From NCBI GenBank assembly GCA_050251735.1, contig JBFWMF010000016.1:14054-78053 (forward strand): DNA of 64,000 nt. The letters are read 5' to 3'. The stretch comes from Desulfitobacterium sp. Lineage in GTDB: Bacteria; Bacillota; Desulfitobacteriia; Desulfitobacteriales; Desulfitobacteriaceae. This document shows positions 37,895 through 46,372 of this stretch, piece after piece; the first letter of the stretch is position 1; each line of letters begins with the position of its first letter. Below the pieces are notes generated by a model. The model was not told the DNA's origin. It made no database searches and saw only the letters and a list, made by a program, of their open reading frames with translations. Position numbers and translations under genes: made by a program.

Positions 37895-39088
37895 ATGAGT
37901 GGAAAAGCGGAAAAACAGTTTTACACCAAACCCTTATTTATACTCTTCGCCCTGCTGACAGTGGTCGGCTTAGTTTGCTGGTATCTGCAGCTTACCAAGG
38001 GCTTACAATTGACTAATCTGAATAACTTTGCCACCTGGGGTTTATATATTATCGGTTTCATGATCTTCACAGGAATTACAGCAGGATCACTGATCTTTGC
38101 CTCCTCAGCTTACCTCTTCAAAGGGATGGCTGAGTACAAGCCGTTCGCCAGAATTGCAGCCTTCGTCGGAGCGATCGGCAGTGTGGTAGCTGCGGGACTT
38201 TTCATCATCGTCGATATCGGTAACCCTGAGAGAGCCTGGTATTTCATCACCAGCGGAAACATTGCATCTCCCATGTTCTGGGATAGTCTGATCCTCGGAG
38301 CTTATGTCATCATCGGCATCTTCTTTACTCGTCAGTTAATGCTGGTCAATGAAGGGCAAAAGAATGAAAAATCCCTCAAGACTATCTCCATTATCGCTTT
38401 CATCGCCGGACTCATGGTCATGGTCACTTCCTTCGTCTTTGCTCTACAAGTGGCTCGTCCCATGTGGAATAATCCAGTAGAGCCGGTATCCTTCTTAGCC
38501 GCAGCTTTAGTGGCAGCCTTTGCTTTACTAATGATCATCTTTGCAGTCCTGAACAAGAGCGGCTATATCGAGATCAGCAGTGATCAACTAGCAAAAATGG
38601 GCAAGCTGGCCGGAGTATTCCTCCTCTTTGAACTCTTCGTAGTATTAGGGGAAGCAGTCATCGGTCTATATGCAGGAGCAGGTGAAGAAGCGGAAATCAT
38701 CCATTGGATGGTGTCCGGCGCAGGAGCTCCTTTCTTCTGGGTAGAGATGATCGCCATCATCTTAGGCTTGCTACTGCTATTCAATAAGAAACCGAGTATC
38801 CTTGTTCTAGGCGCGGTCGTAGCAATCTTTGCCATCTTCATGATTAAATACAACCTCTTGGAAGCTCAGCTGCTCAATCCGCTTATCACCTATGCAGGAC
38901 CTCCTGGCTATGGGGCTAGCGAAGGAGTTTATCTACCTTCTCTGATCGAGATTGGCGTATCCGTTGGTATCATTGCCATGGGTGGAATGCTGGTTATGAT
39001 CGGACTGGATAAGCTGAACCTTGGCAAGAAGGTTAAGAAAGGTGCAGGGAAAGGCCAAGTCCAAGGTAATATAGCAGCTAAGGCTTAA
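37895..39088 (+). CDS. NrfD/PsrC-type membrane anchor subunit, module 3
   Basis: 397 aa, about 90% identical (by eye) to the module 1 and 2 copies. Confidence 0.85.
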   Translation: MSGKAEKQFYTKPLFILFALLTVVGLVCWYLQLTKGLQLTNLNNFATWGLYIIGFMIFTGITAGSLIFASSAYLFKGMAEYKPFARIAAFVGAIGSVVAAGLFIIVDIGNPERAWYFITSGNIASPMFWDSLILGAYVIIGIFFTRQLMLVNEGQKNEKSLKTISIIAFIAGLMVMVTSFVFALQVARPMWNNPVEPVSFLAAALVAAFALLMIIFAVLNKSGYIEISSDQLAKMGKLAGVFLLFELFVVLGEAVIGLYAGAGEEAEIIHWMVSGAGAPFFWVEMIAIILGLLLLFNKKPSILVLGAVVAIFAIFMIKYNLLEAQLLNPLITYAGPPGYGASEGVYLPSLIEIGVSVGIIAMGGMLVMIGLDKLNLGKKVKKGAGKGQVQGNIAAKA

Positions 39089-39108
39089 GTTTTAGGATAT
39101 ACCAAAAT

Positions 39109-39313
39109 TGCCATCAGCAGAGACCGAGAAAAGGTTGAAAAGCCTTTTGAAGTGACCCGTCTGTTCACTGTGCCTAGTATAAACTGTGAACGTTGTAATT
39201 TTATTACTTTTGCCAATTCAGATAACCTGTGCTACTGGTGCAAAGAGGAAGTCGCCATCGATAACGACTTGAAAGAGGCCTGCCGTAAGATATTTCTTAA
39301 TGTGAAGAGTTGA
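39109..39313 (+). pseudogene. 3' remnant (last ~66 codons) of a poly-ferredoxin paralog
   Basis: Aligns base-for-base with 32337-32539. ISRDREKVEKPFEVTRLFTVPSINCERCNF...CYWCKEEV...ACRKIFLNVKS-stop. No start codon or 5' part. It begins 20 nt after the module 3 anchor-gene stop. Confidence 0.85.
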
Positions 39314-39346
39314 GATAAAGTTCCAATTTCGACTGAGTTCAATAAA

Positions 39347-39398
39347 GGGGAGTGTCGCAAAACTACTTTTTTAAGTAGTTAGCGATACTCCCTTTTTC
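39347..39398 (+). terminator. Intrinsic terminator after the remnant
   Basis: GGGAGTGTCGCAAAACTACTT / AAGTAGTTAGCGATACTCCC hairpin followed by TTTTT. Confidence 0.7.
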
Positions 39399-39429
39399 CC
39401 TTTTGGATAAGATTTTCTACCTCATAAAT

Positions 39430-41180
39430 CCATATTCTTGTAAATCTTTTTGGTTCGAACTAAATTTGGGTATAACAAAATAAACCTATGTTTTTAGGTT
39501 CTTTTTTAAGTACTTTCTAGGCTGTTTTTAATGGATGAAGGGGCTTGCCTATTCGTTCATTTTGTATTTTGGCATGGAGCTTATTTACGTTATACTCTAA
39601 GCACAGCAACATAAATTCTGTCTTCACGTTGCTTTTTCCCCGTGTCAAAAATCGATTGAAGTTATAGTCGTTTTTTAGAACGCCAAATGCTCCTTCGACC
39701 TGAATTGAACGATTAACTCTCAGCAAGATTCCCTCTTCCGATGTGATGTTTTCATAAGATATCTGACGTTTTTCTACAAACGTTTTCGATACCTGCATCT
39801 TCCGATTCTCTTTGGCCTTGGTACAGCTGCTTTTATGAGGGCAATTACTGCAGTCTTCGCATTCATAGATGGTTATTTCAGAACGATAGCCGGTTGCTGA
39901 AGTTCGGTGGGTGATCCCCACGGGCTTTAGCTGTTTACCATTGTGGCAGGTATATTCATCCGTCTCTGCATTATAAAACATGTTTTCACGTTTACTGATG
40001 TTCTTTTTAAAACTCCGCTTTTTCCATTGTTCATAGGTTTGGGGCTTTATGTAGTAGGTCTGCTTTTGTCCTTCGAGATAGAGATAATTTTCCTCGCTCT
40101 CATATCCGGAGTCTGCGATCACATTTTCATAACGTACGTTTAATCGATACTCCATCTCCTTTAAGAAGGGGATCAGGGTGGCGATGTCATTGCGGTCCTG
40201 AAAGACTCCAACCCCAGTGATGTACTCACTTTCCACACCAATTTGTACATTGTAAGCAGGCTTTAACTGACCGTTGCGCATATGATCATCTTTCATATGC
40301 ATGAAGGTCGCATCGTGGTCAGTCTTGGAGTAGCTATTTCTTCCCTTAAACAACTGGTTATGAGCATTGTATTTTTCCTGGCGGGTATAGAATTCTTTCA
40401 ACGCTTCTGTAAACTTCTGCAACTTTGATTTCCGTTTGCCGATCCCTTGAACGAACTCAAGCTGCGCTTGCTGACGTTTCTCTTCTAAGTACGCCAACGC
40501 GACGTTGAGGTCCTGGAGTAAGGTGTCTTTAACAGCTTTGAAGTCAGTCTCATAAGTGGCGTTTATCTCCTCTATGCATGACTGAATCTTTTCGAACATT
40601 TTAGCCTCGTTTTTGTTAACGGCTTTTTTCCAGACAAACGTGTAACGGTTAGCATTGGCTTCAATCTTTGTCCCATCGACAAAGAGGTTCTTAAAGGTTA
40701 CCTCATTGATACTATGTAGATATTGAACCATTTGATAAAAAAGATCGTCGATACATCCCTGGAGATAGTCTTTTCGAAAACGAGCAATGGTGCTGTGATC
40801 GGGAGTTTTCTTTCCTTCCAGCAGCCACATAAAGTTAATATCTCTTTTACAGGCGGTCTCGATCTTTCGACTCAAAAAAATATTGTTCATGTAGGCATAG
40901 GTCAATACCTTGAACAGAATTTTAGGCTCAACTGCAGGTTTTCTTCCGGTGGAAGAGTAGGCCTGATAAAGTGCGTCGTAATTTAATCCCTCCAAAATGT
41001 GGCTTAGCAGTCGAACGGAGTCATCCTCAGGTATTAACACTTCAAGATTAAGCGGCAAAACTAATTGATAGTAGCCACCAAATTGGGTATAATTCTTTGT
41101 GTATAGTTTGGTTTTTAGCATAACTCAATTATACAACTACTGTGGATCTTTCGGGATCCACAGTTTTATTTTTTACATAA
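39430..41180 (-). mobile_element. Insertion sequence carrying the transposase (ends not resolved)
   Basis: Single-ORF element lying between two unrelated operons. I could not identify convincing terminal inverted repeats or a target duplication by eye, so the coordinates are approximate. Confidence 0.45.
39517..41121 (-). CDS. IS1182-family (IS5/IS4-superfamily DDE) transposase
   Basis: 534 aa. N-terminal transposase domain, internal Cys cluster YTCHNGKQL...YECEDCSNCPHKSSC, and a C-terminal DDE region ending in NRFLTRG. Family call is from memory of IS1182 transposase architecture. Confidence 0.8.
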   Translation of the reverse strand: MLKTKLYTKNYTQFGGYYQLVLPLNLEVLIPEDDSVRLLSHILEGLNYDALYQAYSSTGRKPAVEPKILFKVLTYAYMNNIFLSRKIETACKRDINFMWLLEGKKTPDHSTIARFRKDYLQGCIDDLFYQMVQYLHSINEVTFKNLFVDGTKIEANANRYTFVWKKAVNKNEAKMFEKIQSCIEEINATYETDFKAVKDTLLQDLNVALAYLEEKRQQAQLEFVQGIGKRKSKLQKFTEALKEFYTRQEKYNAHNQLFKGRNSYSKTDHDATFMHMKDDHMRNGQLKPAYNVQIGVESEYITGVGVFQDRNDIATLIPFLKEMEYRLNVRYENVIADSGYESEENYLYLEGQKQTYYIKPQTYEQWKKRSFKKNISKRENMFYNAETDEYTCHNGKQLKPVGITHRTSATGYRSEITIYECEDCSNCPHKSSCTKAKENRKMQVSKTFVEKRQISYENITSEEGILLRVNRSIQVEGAFGVLKNDYNFNRFLTRGKSNVKTEFMLLCLEYNVNKLHAKIQNERIGKPLHPLKTA

Positions 41181-41281
41181 AAGGAGGCCGTTGCTCGACG
41201 AACTCTTCTGTTCGTTTTGCAACGGCCCCTTTTTAGTTTATTAGTTTGCTAATTAGTCATAAGAAATACCAGGATTAGAGT

Positions 41282-41312
41282 GGAGCATCAATGGGAGCAT
41301 CGAAGGAGCATC
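41282..41312 (+). repeat. Three direct copies of GGAGCATC at 12- and 11-nt spacing
   Basis: GGAGCATC at 41282, 41294 and 41305. It lies about 220 nt upstream of the first microcompartment gene. Confidence 0.6.
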
Positions 41313-41534
41313 TAACATCCAATTCTATATCCCGTATAAGCAATTGGTATGTTACATGTTTAACAAATCCAATTATAATAATAAGCAATAGAATAAATAC
41401 TTTGGATTATTTCATAATTTAGCCTTGAATTATTAAAAACGAATAAGCGGTTTCCATTTGATAATGCATGTGTGTTTTTTCATTATAATTATAAAGACTT
41501 ATTGTAATCCTTTAGAGTTTATAGAGAAAGAGGA

Positions 41535-41840
41535 ATGACCTTCATGGAGTATTTTGGAGAAGTGGCTTTAGGCCTCGTTGAAACCAGAGGGATGGTACCA
41601 GCGATTGAAGCAGCGGATGTCATGTGTAAAACTGCAGACGTCGTTCTGGTATCGTACGAAAATGTAGGTTCTGGACTCGTAACCGTTATGGTAAAAGGCG
41701 ATGTTGCCGCTGTAAGGAATGCTGTCGAAAAAGGGGCAGCAGCAGCTGCTGCGATTGGCGACTTGACAGCGGCTCATGTAATGCCACGCCCCGTTAGTAG
41801 GGTAGGCAAAATTGTTTCAAGACATGATATTGATGAGTAA
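41535..41840 (+). CDS. BMC-H shell protein (PduA/EutM-like)
   Basis: ALGLVETRGMVPAIEAADVMCKTADV...GDVAAVRNAV. Start is ATG 41535 or 41544. Confidence 0.9.
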   Translation: MTFMEYFGEVALGLVETRGMVPAIEAADVMCKTADVVLVSYENVGSGLVTVMVKGDVAAVRNAVEKGAAAAAAIGDLTAAHVMPRPVSRVGKIVSRHDIDE

Positions 41841-41868
41841 ATATTGATAATCATGGAAGGGGAGTCCT

Positions 41869-42159
41869 GTGGAGAGAAATAATGCCTTAGGGTTTATAGA
41901 AACGTACGGACTGGTTTCAGTCCTAGAGGCTGCCGATGCTATGTGCAAGGCTGCGGAAGTGGAATTAGTCGGTTATGAGAATGTGGCTTCTGGATTGATT
42001 TCCGTTATCGTACGTGGCGATATCGGTGCCGTAAAAACAGCAGTAGAGGCTGGTATCCAAGCGGCAAGCAAGGTGGGTAAGATTTACAGCAGTAATGTTA
42101 TTGCCAGGCCACATCCCGACGTGGAAAAAATTGTTGCTAAGCACGTGATTGACTGGTAG
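41869..42159 (+). CDS. BMC-H shell protein (PduA/EutM-like)
   Basis: GTG start. ALGFIETYGLVSVLEAADAMCKAAEV...GDIGAVKTAV. Confidence 0.9.
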   Translation: MERNNALGFIETYGLVSVLEAADAMCKAAEVELVGYENVASGLISVIVRGDIGAVKTAVEAGIQAASKVGKIYSSNVIARPHPDVEKIVAKHVIDW

Positions 42160-42209
42160 ATGGTGCAGTTGTCGATCCTGTGATTTGTAAGCGGAAAGGT
42201 TGGTGAGTT

Positions 42210-43706
42210 ATGAATCGAATAGATAATGATTTGCTTTCCATTCAAGAAGCGCGGATTCTTGTGGAGAACGCCCGCGAGGCACAAAAAATACTAGCGACTT
42301 TTCCTCAAGAAAAACTGGATAAAATCGTTGGACGTATGGCTGAAGAAGCGTTGAAATATGCTAGAGAATTTGCAGTGATGTCTCATGAAGAAACAGGCTA
42401 TGGCAAATGGCAGGACAAGTATATTAAAAATGTTTTTGCCAGTGATTTTGTTTATAAGAATATCAGGGATATGAAAGTTGTCGGCATAATATCTGAAGAC
42501 AAAGCAATGCAGACCATGGATATTGGGGTGCCCGTCGGGGTGGTAGTTGCCTTGATTCCTTCGACTAATCCTGTATCTACTACTATCTACAAAGCTTTGA
42601 TTGCTATAAAATCTGGCAACGCCATTGTTTTTTCACCACACCCTAAAGCGAAAATAACCATAAGCAAAGTGCTTGACATACTGATCCGGACGGCTGAGGC
42701 CTGTGGGTTGCCAAGTGGAGCCATTGGCTATTTGCGTACACTTTCCATAGATGGCACGGTCGGCTTAATGAATCACAAGGACACAGCCCTTGTTTTAATA
42801 ACAGGTGTTCCCAAGATGGCTGAAGCGGCCTTTGCCTCAGGAAAACCAATTATTTATGGGGGACCGGGAAATGGCCTCGCCTTTATTGAACGGTCGGCCA
42901 ACATAAAACAAGCGGTAACCGATATTATCGCCAGTCGAACCTTTGATAATGGCATTGTCTCAGCTTCAGAACAATCCATTGTGGTTGAGGATTGCATTGC
43001 TGATCAAGTAAGAGAAGAACTCAGAAAAAAAGGAGCTTATTTTCTGTCGGATCAGGAATCTGAACAGCTTAGTAAGTTATTCCTAGACTCAGATGGCAGT
43101 ATCAATTCAGAGATTGTCGGCAAATCGGCAGTTGATTTAGCCCTAAAAATCGGGATCTGTGTTCCCGCAGAAACAAAAGTTTTGGTTTCAGAACAAAAAT
43201 TCGTGTCCGATACCAATCCGTATGCTAGGGAAAAACTTTGTCCGGTACTGGCTTTTTATGTTGAATTGGATTGGCAGAATGCCTGTGAAAAATGCATCGA
43301 ATTGTTACTGAATGAAGGGCGGGGGCATACTCTTGTCATTCATTCCGAGAATGAGAAGGTAATCAGGGAATTCGCCTTAAGAAAACCTGTTTCCAGAGTT
43401 CTCGTGAATACTCCTGCTACCCTAGGTGGCATCGGAGCTACCACCAATCTCTTCCCGGCTTTGACCTTAGGGTGCGGAACAGCCGGAGGCGGGTTTACTT
43501 CTGATAATGTCTCACCCATGAATTTGATTAATATTCGCAAAGTAGGTTATGGGGTGCGAAAGTTGGAAGACATAACGAAGGGTGCACAGGTTAGGGAAGA
43601 TACTGCACCAAGCGAAGGTTATAGTTCCGTTGTCCAACACTCTAAAGATAATACACAGGATCTTAAAGATCTGCTGGGAAAACTGCTGGAACAGCTTACA
43701 TTATAA
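42210..43706 (+). CDS. CoA-acylating aldehyde dehydrogenase paralog (AdhE-N/EutE-like) with Ser at the catalytic Cys position
   Basis: 498 aa ALDH fold. The active-site segment reads TFDNGIVSASEQ (Ser251, TCA at 42960-42962), against TFDNGTICASEQ in the paralog at 53622. C-terminal amphipathic helix DLKDLLGKLLEQLTL. Confidence 0.8.
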   Translation: MNRIDNDLLSIQEARILVENAREAQKILATFPQEKLDKIVGRMAEEALKYAREFAVMSHEETGYGKWQDKYIKNVFASDFVYKNIRDMKVVGIISEDKAMQTMDIGVPVGVVVALIPSTNPVSTTIYKALIAIKSGNAIVFSPHPKAKITISKVLDILIRTAEACGLPSGAIGYLRTLSIDGTVGLMNHKDTALVLITGVPKMAEAAFASGKPIIYGGPGNGLAFIERSANIKQAVTDIIASRTFDNGIVSASEQSIVVEDCIADQVREELRKKGAYFLSDQESEQLSKLFLDSDGSINSEIVGKSAVDLALKIGICVPAETKVLVSEQKFVSDTNPYAREKLCPVLAFYVELDWQNACEKCIELLLNEGRGHTLVIHSENEKVIREFALRKPVSRVLVNTPATLGGIGATTNLFPALTLGCGTAGGGFTSDNVSPMNLINIRKVGYGVRKLEDITKGAQVREDTAPSEGYSSVVQHSKDNTQDLKDLLGKLLEQLTL

Positions 43707-43794
43707 GTGAACATGCGTAGTGATGATAGGGAAGAGTGACGCAACATATAGGGATAGATTATCTGCTTAAGAAGGAAAAGGGAGGACAAATAAG

Positions 43795-46344
43795 TTGGAT
43801 GCAAAAGAATTCTCCATGAGATTTGCTGATGTAACAAAAAATATGTCTCCAGAAGAAGCTGCAGCCATTATGAGGTTGTTTCAAGGAATCTCCAAAGGAC
43901 TAGCTACAACTAAATCCAGTTCTGAAAATTATGGTGAGATCAAATCGCCTGTATTTGAAGGGGAGATTACTGGACTGACGACCCGCTTGGAGCGCCTCCG
44001 TGCTGTTTATCTAAAAGCCAAACCTAGTATCAGCACTTATCGTGCTAGAGCGTTTACGCAAGTGACGAAAGAAAACGCTGGCCTGCCTAAGATTCTGCTG
44101 CGCGCTAAATGTTTTAGAAAAGCATGTGAGACAGCCCCTTTGTTGATTCAAAAGGATGAGCTAATTGTCGGGCATCCTTGTGGGAATCCTCGTGCTGGTG
44201 CCGTATCCCCGGATATTGCTTGGAGATGGATTCGGGATGAGCTGGATACCATGTCAACTAGGGCTCAGGACCCCTTTCAAATTACTGAAGAGGACAAAAA
44301 TATTCTCAAGGAAGAGATTTTCCCTTTCTGGGAAGGGAAGAGCTTGGATGAGATTTGCCAACAACAATATGAAGATGCCGGGGTCTGGTCGTTTTCCGGC
44401 GAATCCTTTGTGAGTGACCTTTCCTATCATCAGATCAATGGCGGTGGAGATACTGCGCCCGGTTATGATGTAATTTTGATTAAAAAGGGTATTAATGGGG
44501 CAAGGCAGGAAGCAGTAGAAAAGTTAAGTGAACTGTCGATGCTAAATCCTGAGGATATCGATAAGATCTACTTCTATAAAGCTGAAATCGAAACCTGTGA
44601 CGGCATTTTAGCCTATGCCAAACGGCTTTCAGATTACGCCCGTGAATTAGCCGATCGGGAAGAGGACTCAACCCGGAAGAAAGAACTCTACAAGATCTCC
44701 GATATTCTAACCCGTGTACCGGCTAATCCACCGAATACTTTTCATGAAGCACTTCAGTCGATCTGGACGCTAGAATCCCTTTTTGTAGTTGAAGAAAACC
44801 AGACCGGTATTTCCCTTGGCCGTTTGGACCAATATATTTACCCAATGTTCAAAGCTGATATGGAATCTGGCCGCATGAATAAATTGGAAGCCTTTGAATT
44901 GCTGAGCTGTTTTATTATCAAGTGTTCTGAAGTCATGTGGCTGTCCAGTGAGTCGGGTGCAAAATATTTTGCCGGTTATCAACCGTTCATTAACTTGACT
45001 GTTGGCGGGCAGAAACGCACTGGTGGAGATGCCACCAACGATTTGACCTATCTGATTATGGATGCGGTACGTTTTACTAAGATGTATCAACCCTCACTGG
45101 CTTGCCGGATTCATAACCAATCACCCCAGAAATATTTAATAAAAATAGTTGAAGTTGTTAAAGCCGGATTAGGCTTCCCCGCCTGTCACTTTGATGATAG
45201 TCATATCAAGATGATGCTCGCCAAAGGGTTTAGCATCGAAGATTCACGGGACTATTGTCTTATGGGGTGTGTTGAACCTCAAAAATCCGGACGCATCTAT
45301 CAATGGACCTCTACCGGTTATACCCAATGGCCGATTGCTATCGAATTCGTTCTGAATCGTGGCGTTATGAAATGGCGTGGCACAAAGGAAGGGATCGATA
45401 CAGGAGAACTTGATAACTTCAAGACCTTTGAAGACTTTGATGCCGCCTGTAAAAAACAGATTGAGCATATCATCCAGTTATCGGCGATTGGAACCATCGT
45501 CAGCCAACGGGTTCACAGGGAGCTTGTTCCCAAGCCACTGATGTCCTTACTTGTCGAAGGTTGCATGGAAAAAGGCACCGATGTTACAAACGGCGGAGCG
45601 ATGATCAATTTTGGACCTGGATTAATCTTCTCCGGCCTCGGGACCTATGCGGACTCCATGGCTGCTATCAAAAAACTAGTATTTGAAGAAAAGAAATATA
45701 CCCTCAAACAAATTCGGGATGCCTTAGATGCAAATTTTGAAGGGTATGAAGCCCTCCGGACAGATTGCCTCAATGCACCGAAATACGGTAATGACAATGA
45801 CTATGCGGACGCAATTGCCTCAGATATTGTCGTTTGGACGGAACGGGTGCATAACACTTACAAAATGCTCTACTCACATTTCACGCATGGGACCCTTTCC
45901 ATTTCCAATAACACCCCAATCGGAGAGATAACCGGCGCCACACCAAATGGACGATATGCTTGGACCCCGCTTTCTGACGGGATCAGTCCGACTCAAGGTG
46001 CTGATAAATTTGGTCCTACAGCTATCATCAAATCCGTGAGCAAGCTGAGTGTCGAGTCTATGAATATTGGAATGGTACACAACTTCAAGCTGTTGCGTGG
46101 AATTCTGGAAACGCCCGAAGGTGAAAATGGCCTGATTACCTTGCTTAGGACGGCGTCCATTCTTGGTAATGCTCAGATGCAATTCAGTTATGTAGACAAC
46201 GAAGTTTTAAAGAGAGCACAAGTTGAACCTGAAAAGTATCGAGACTTGATTATTCGCGTTGCCGGGTATAGTGCTTACTTCGTTGAGCTATGTAAAGAAG
46301 TACAAGATGAAATTATTAGCAGAACTGTATTAGATCATTTTTAA
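43795..46344 (+). CDS. cutC: Choline trimethylamine-lyase (glycyl radical enzyme)
   Basis: TTG start after GGAGGA. Glycyl radical motif RVAGYSAYF and thiyl loop GCVEP. Y211, D219, F398, C492, E494, T505, Y509 and G824 match the published D. alaskensis CutC choline-site residues (Y208, D216, F395, C489, E491, T502, Y506, G821; recalled from memory) at a constant +3 offset. Confidence 0.9.
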   Translation: MDAKEFSMRFADVTKNMSPEEAAAIMRLFQGISKGLATTKSSSENYGEIKSPVFEGEITGLTTRLERLRAVYLKAKPSISTYRARAFTQVTKENAGLPKILLRAKCFRKACETAPLLIQKDELIVGHPCGNPRAGAVSPDIAWRWIRDELDTMSTRAQDPFQITEEDKNILKEEIFPFWEGKSLDEICQQQYEDAGVWSFSGESFVSDLSYHQINGGGDTAPGYDVILIKKGINGARQEAVEKLSELSMLNPEDIDKIYFYKAEIETCDGILAYAKRLSDYARELADREEDSTRKKELYKISDILTRVPANPPNTFHEALQSIWTLESLFVVEENQTGISLGRLDQYIYPMFKADMESGRMNKLEAFELLSCFIIKCSEVMWLSSESGAKYFAGYQPFINLTVGGQKRTGGDATNDLTYLIMDAVRFTKMYQPSLACRIHNQSPQKYLIKIVEVVKAGLGFPACHFDDSHIKMMLAKGFSIEDSRDYCLMGCVEPQKSGRIYQWTSTGYTQWPIAIEFVLNRGVMKWRGTKEGIDTGELDNFKTFEDFDAACKKQIEHIIQLSAIGTIVSQRVHRELVPKPLMSLLVEGCMEKGTDVTNGGAMINFGPGLIFSGLGTYADSMAAIKKLVFEEKKYTLKQIRDALDANFEGYEALRTDCLNAPKYGNDNDYADAIASDIVVWTERVHNTYKMLYSHFTHGTLSISNNTPIGEITGATPNGRYAWTPLSDGISPTQGADKFGPTAIIKSVSKLSVESMNIGMVHNFKLLRGILETPEGENGLITLLRTASILGNAQMQFSYVDNEVLKRAQVEPEKYRDLIIRVAGYSAYFVELCKEVQDEIISRTVLDHF

Positions 46345-46372
46345 TTGAGTATTTTCGAGAGATGGAGACATT

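Noticed and set aside
39086-39313. The ferredoxin remnant being expressed by read-through of the anchor-gene TAA, with which it is in frame.
   Set aside because: The in-frame relation has a 1-in-3 chance expectation. TAA is the tightest stop codon, and a fused cytoplasmic Cys-ribbon on a membrane anchor has no support. It is treated as a deletion scar.
39345-41232. The two similar hairpins (AAAGGGG..GCAAAAC..) flanking the transposase as terminal inverted repeats of the IS.
   Set aside because: Both are complete terminator-like hairpins with U-runs, and their similarity is limited to about 14 nt with an indel. Without other IS copies I cannot distinguish element ends from flanking terminators.
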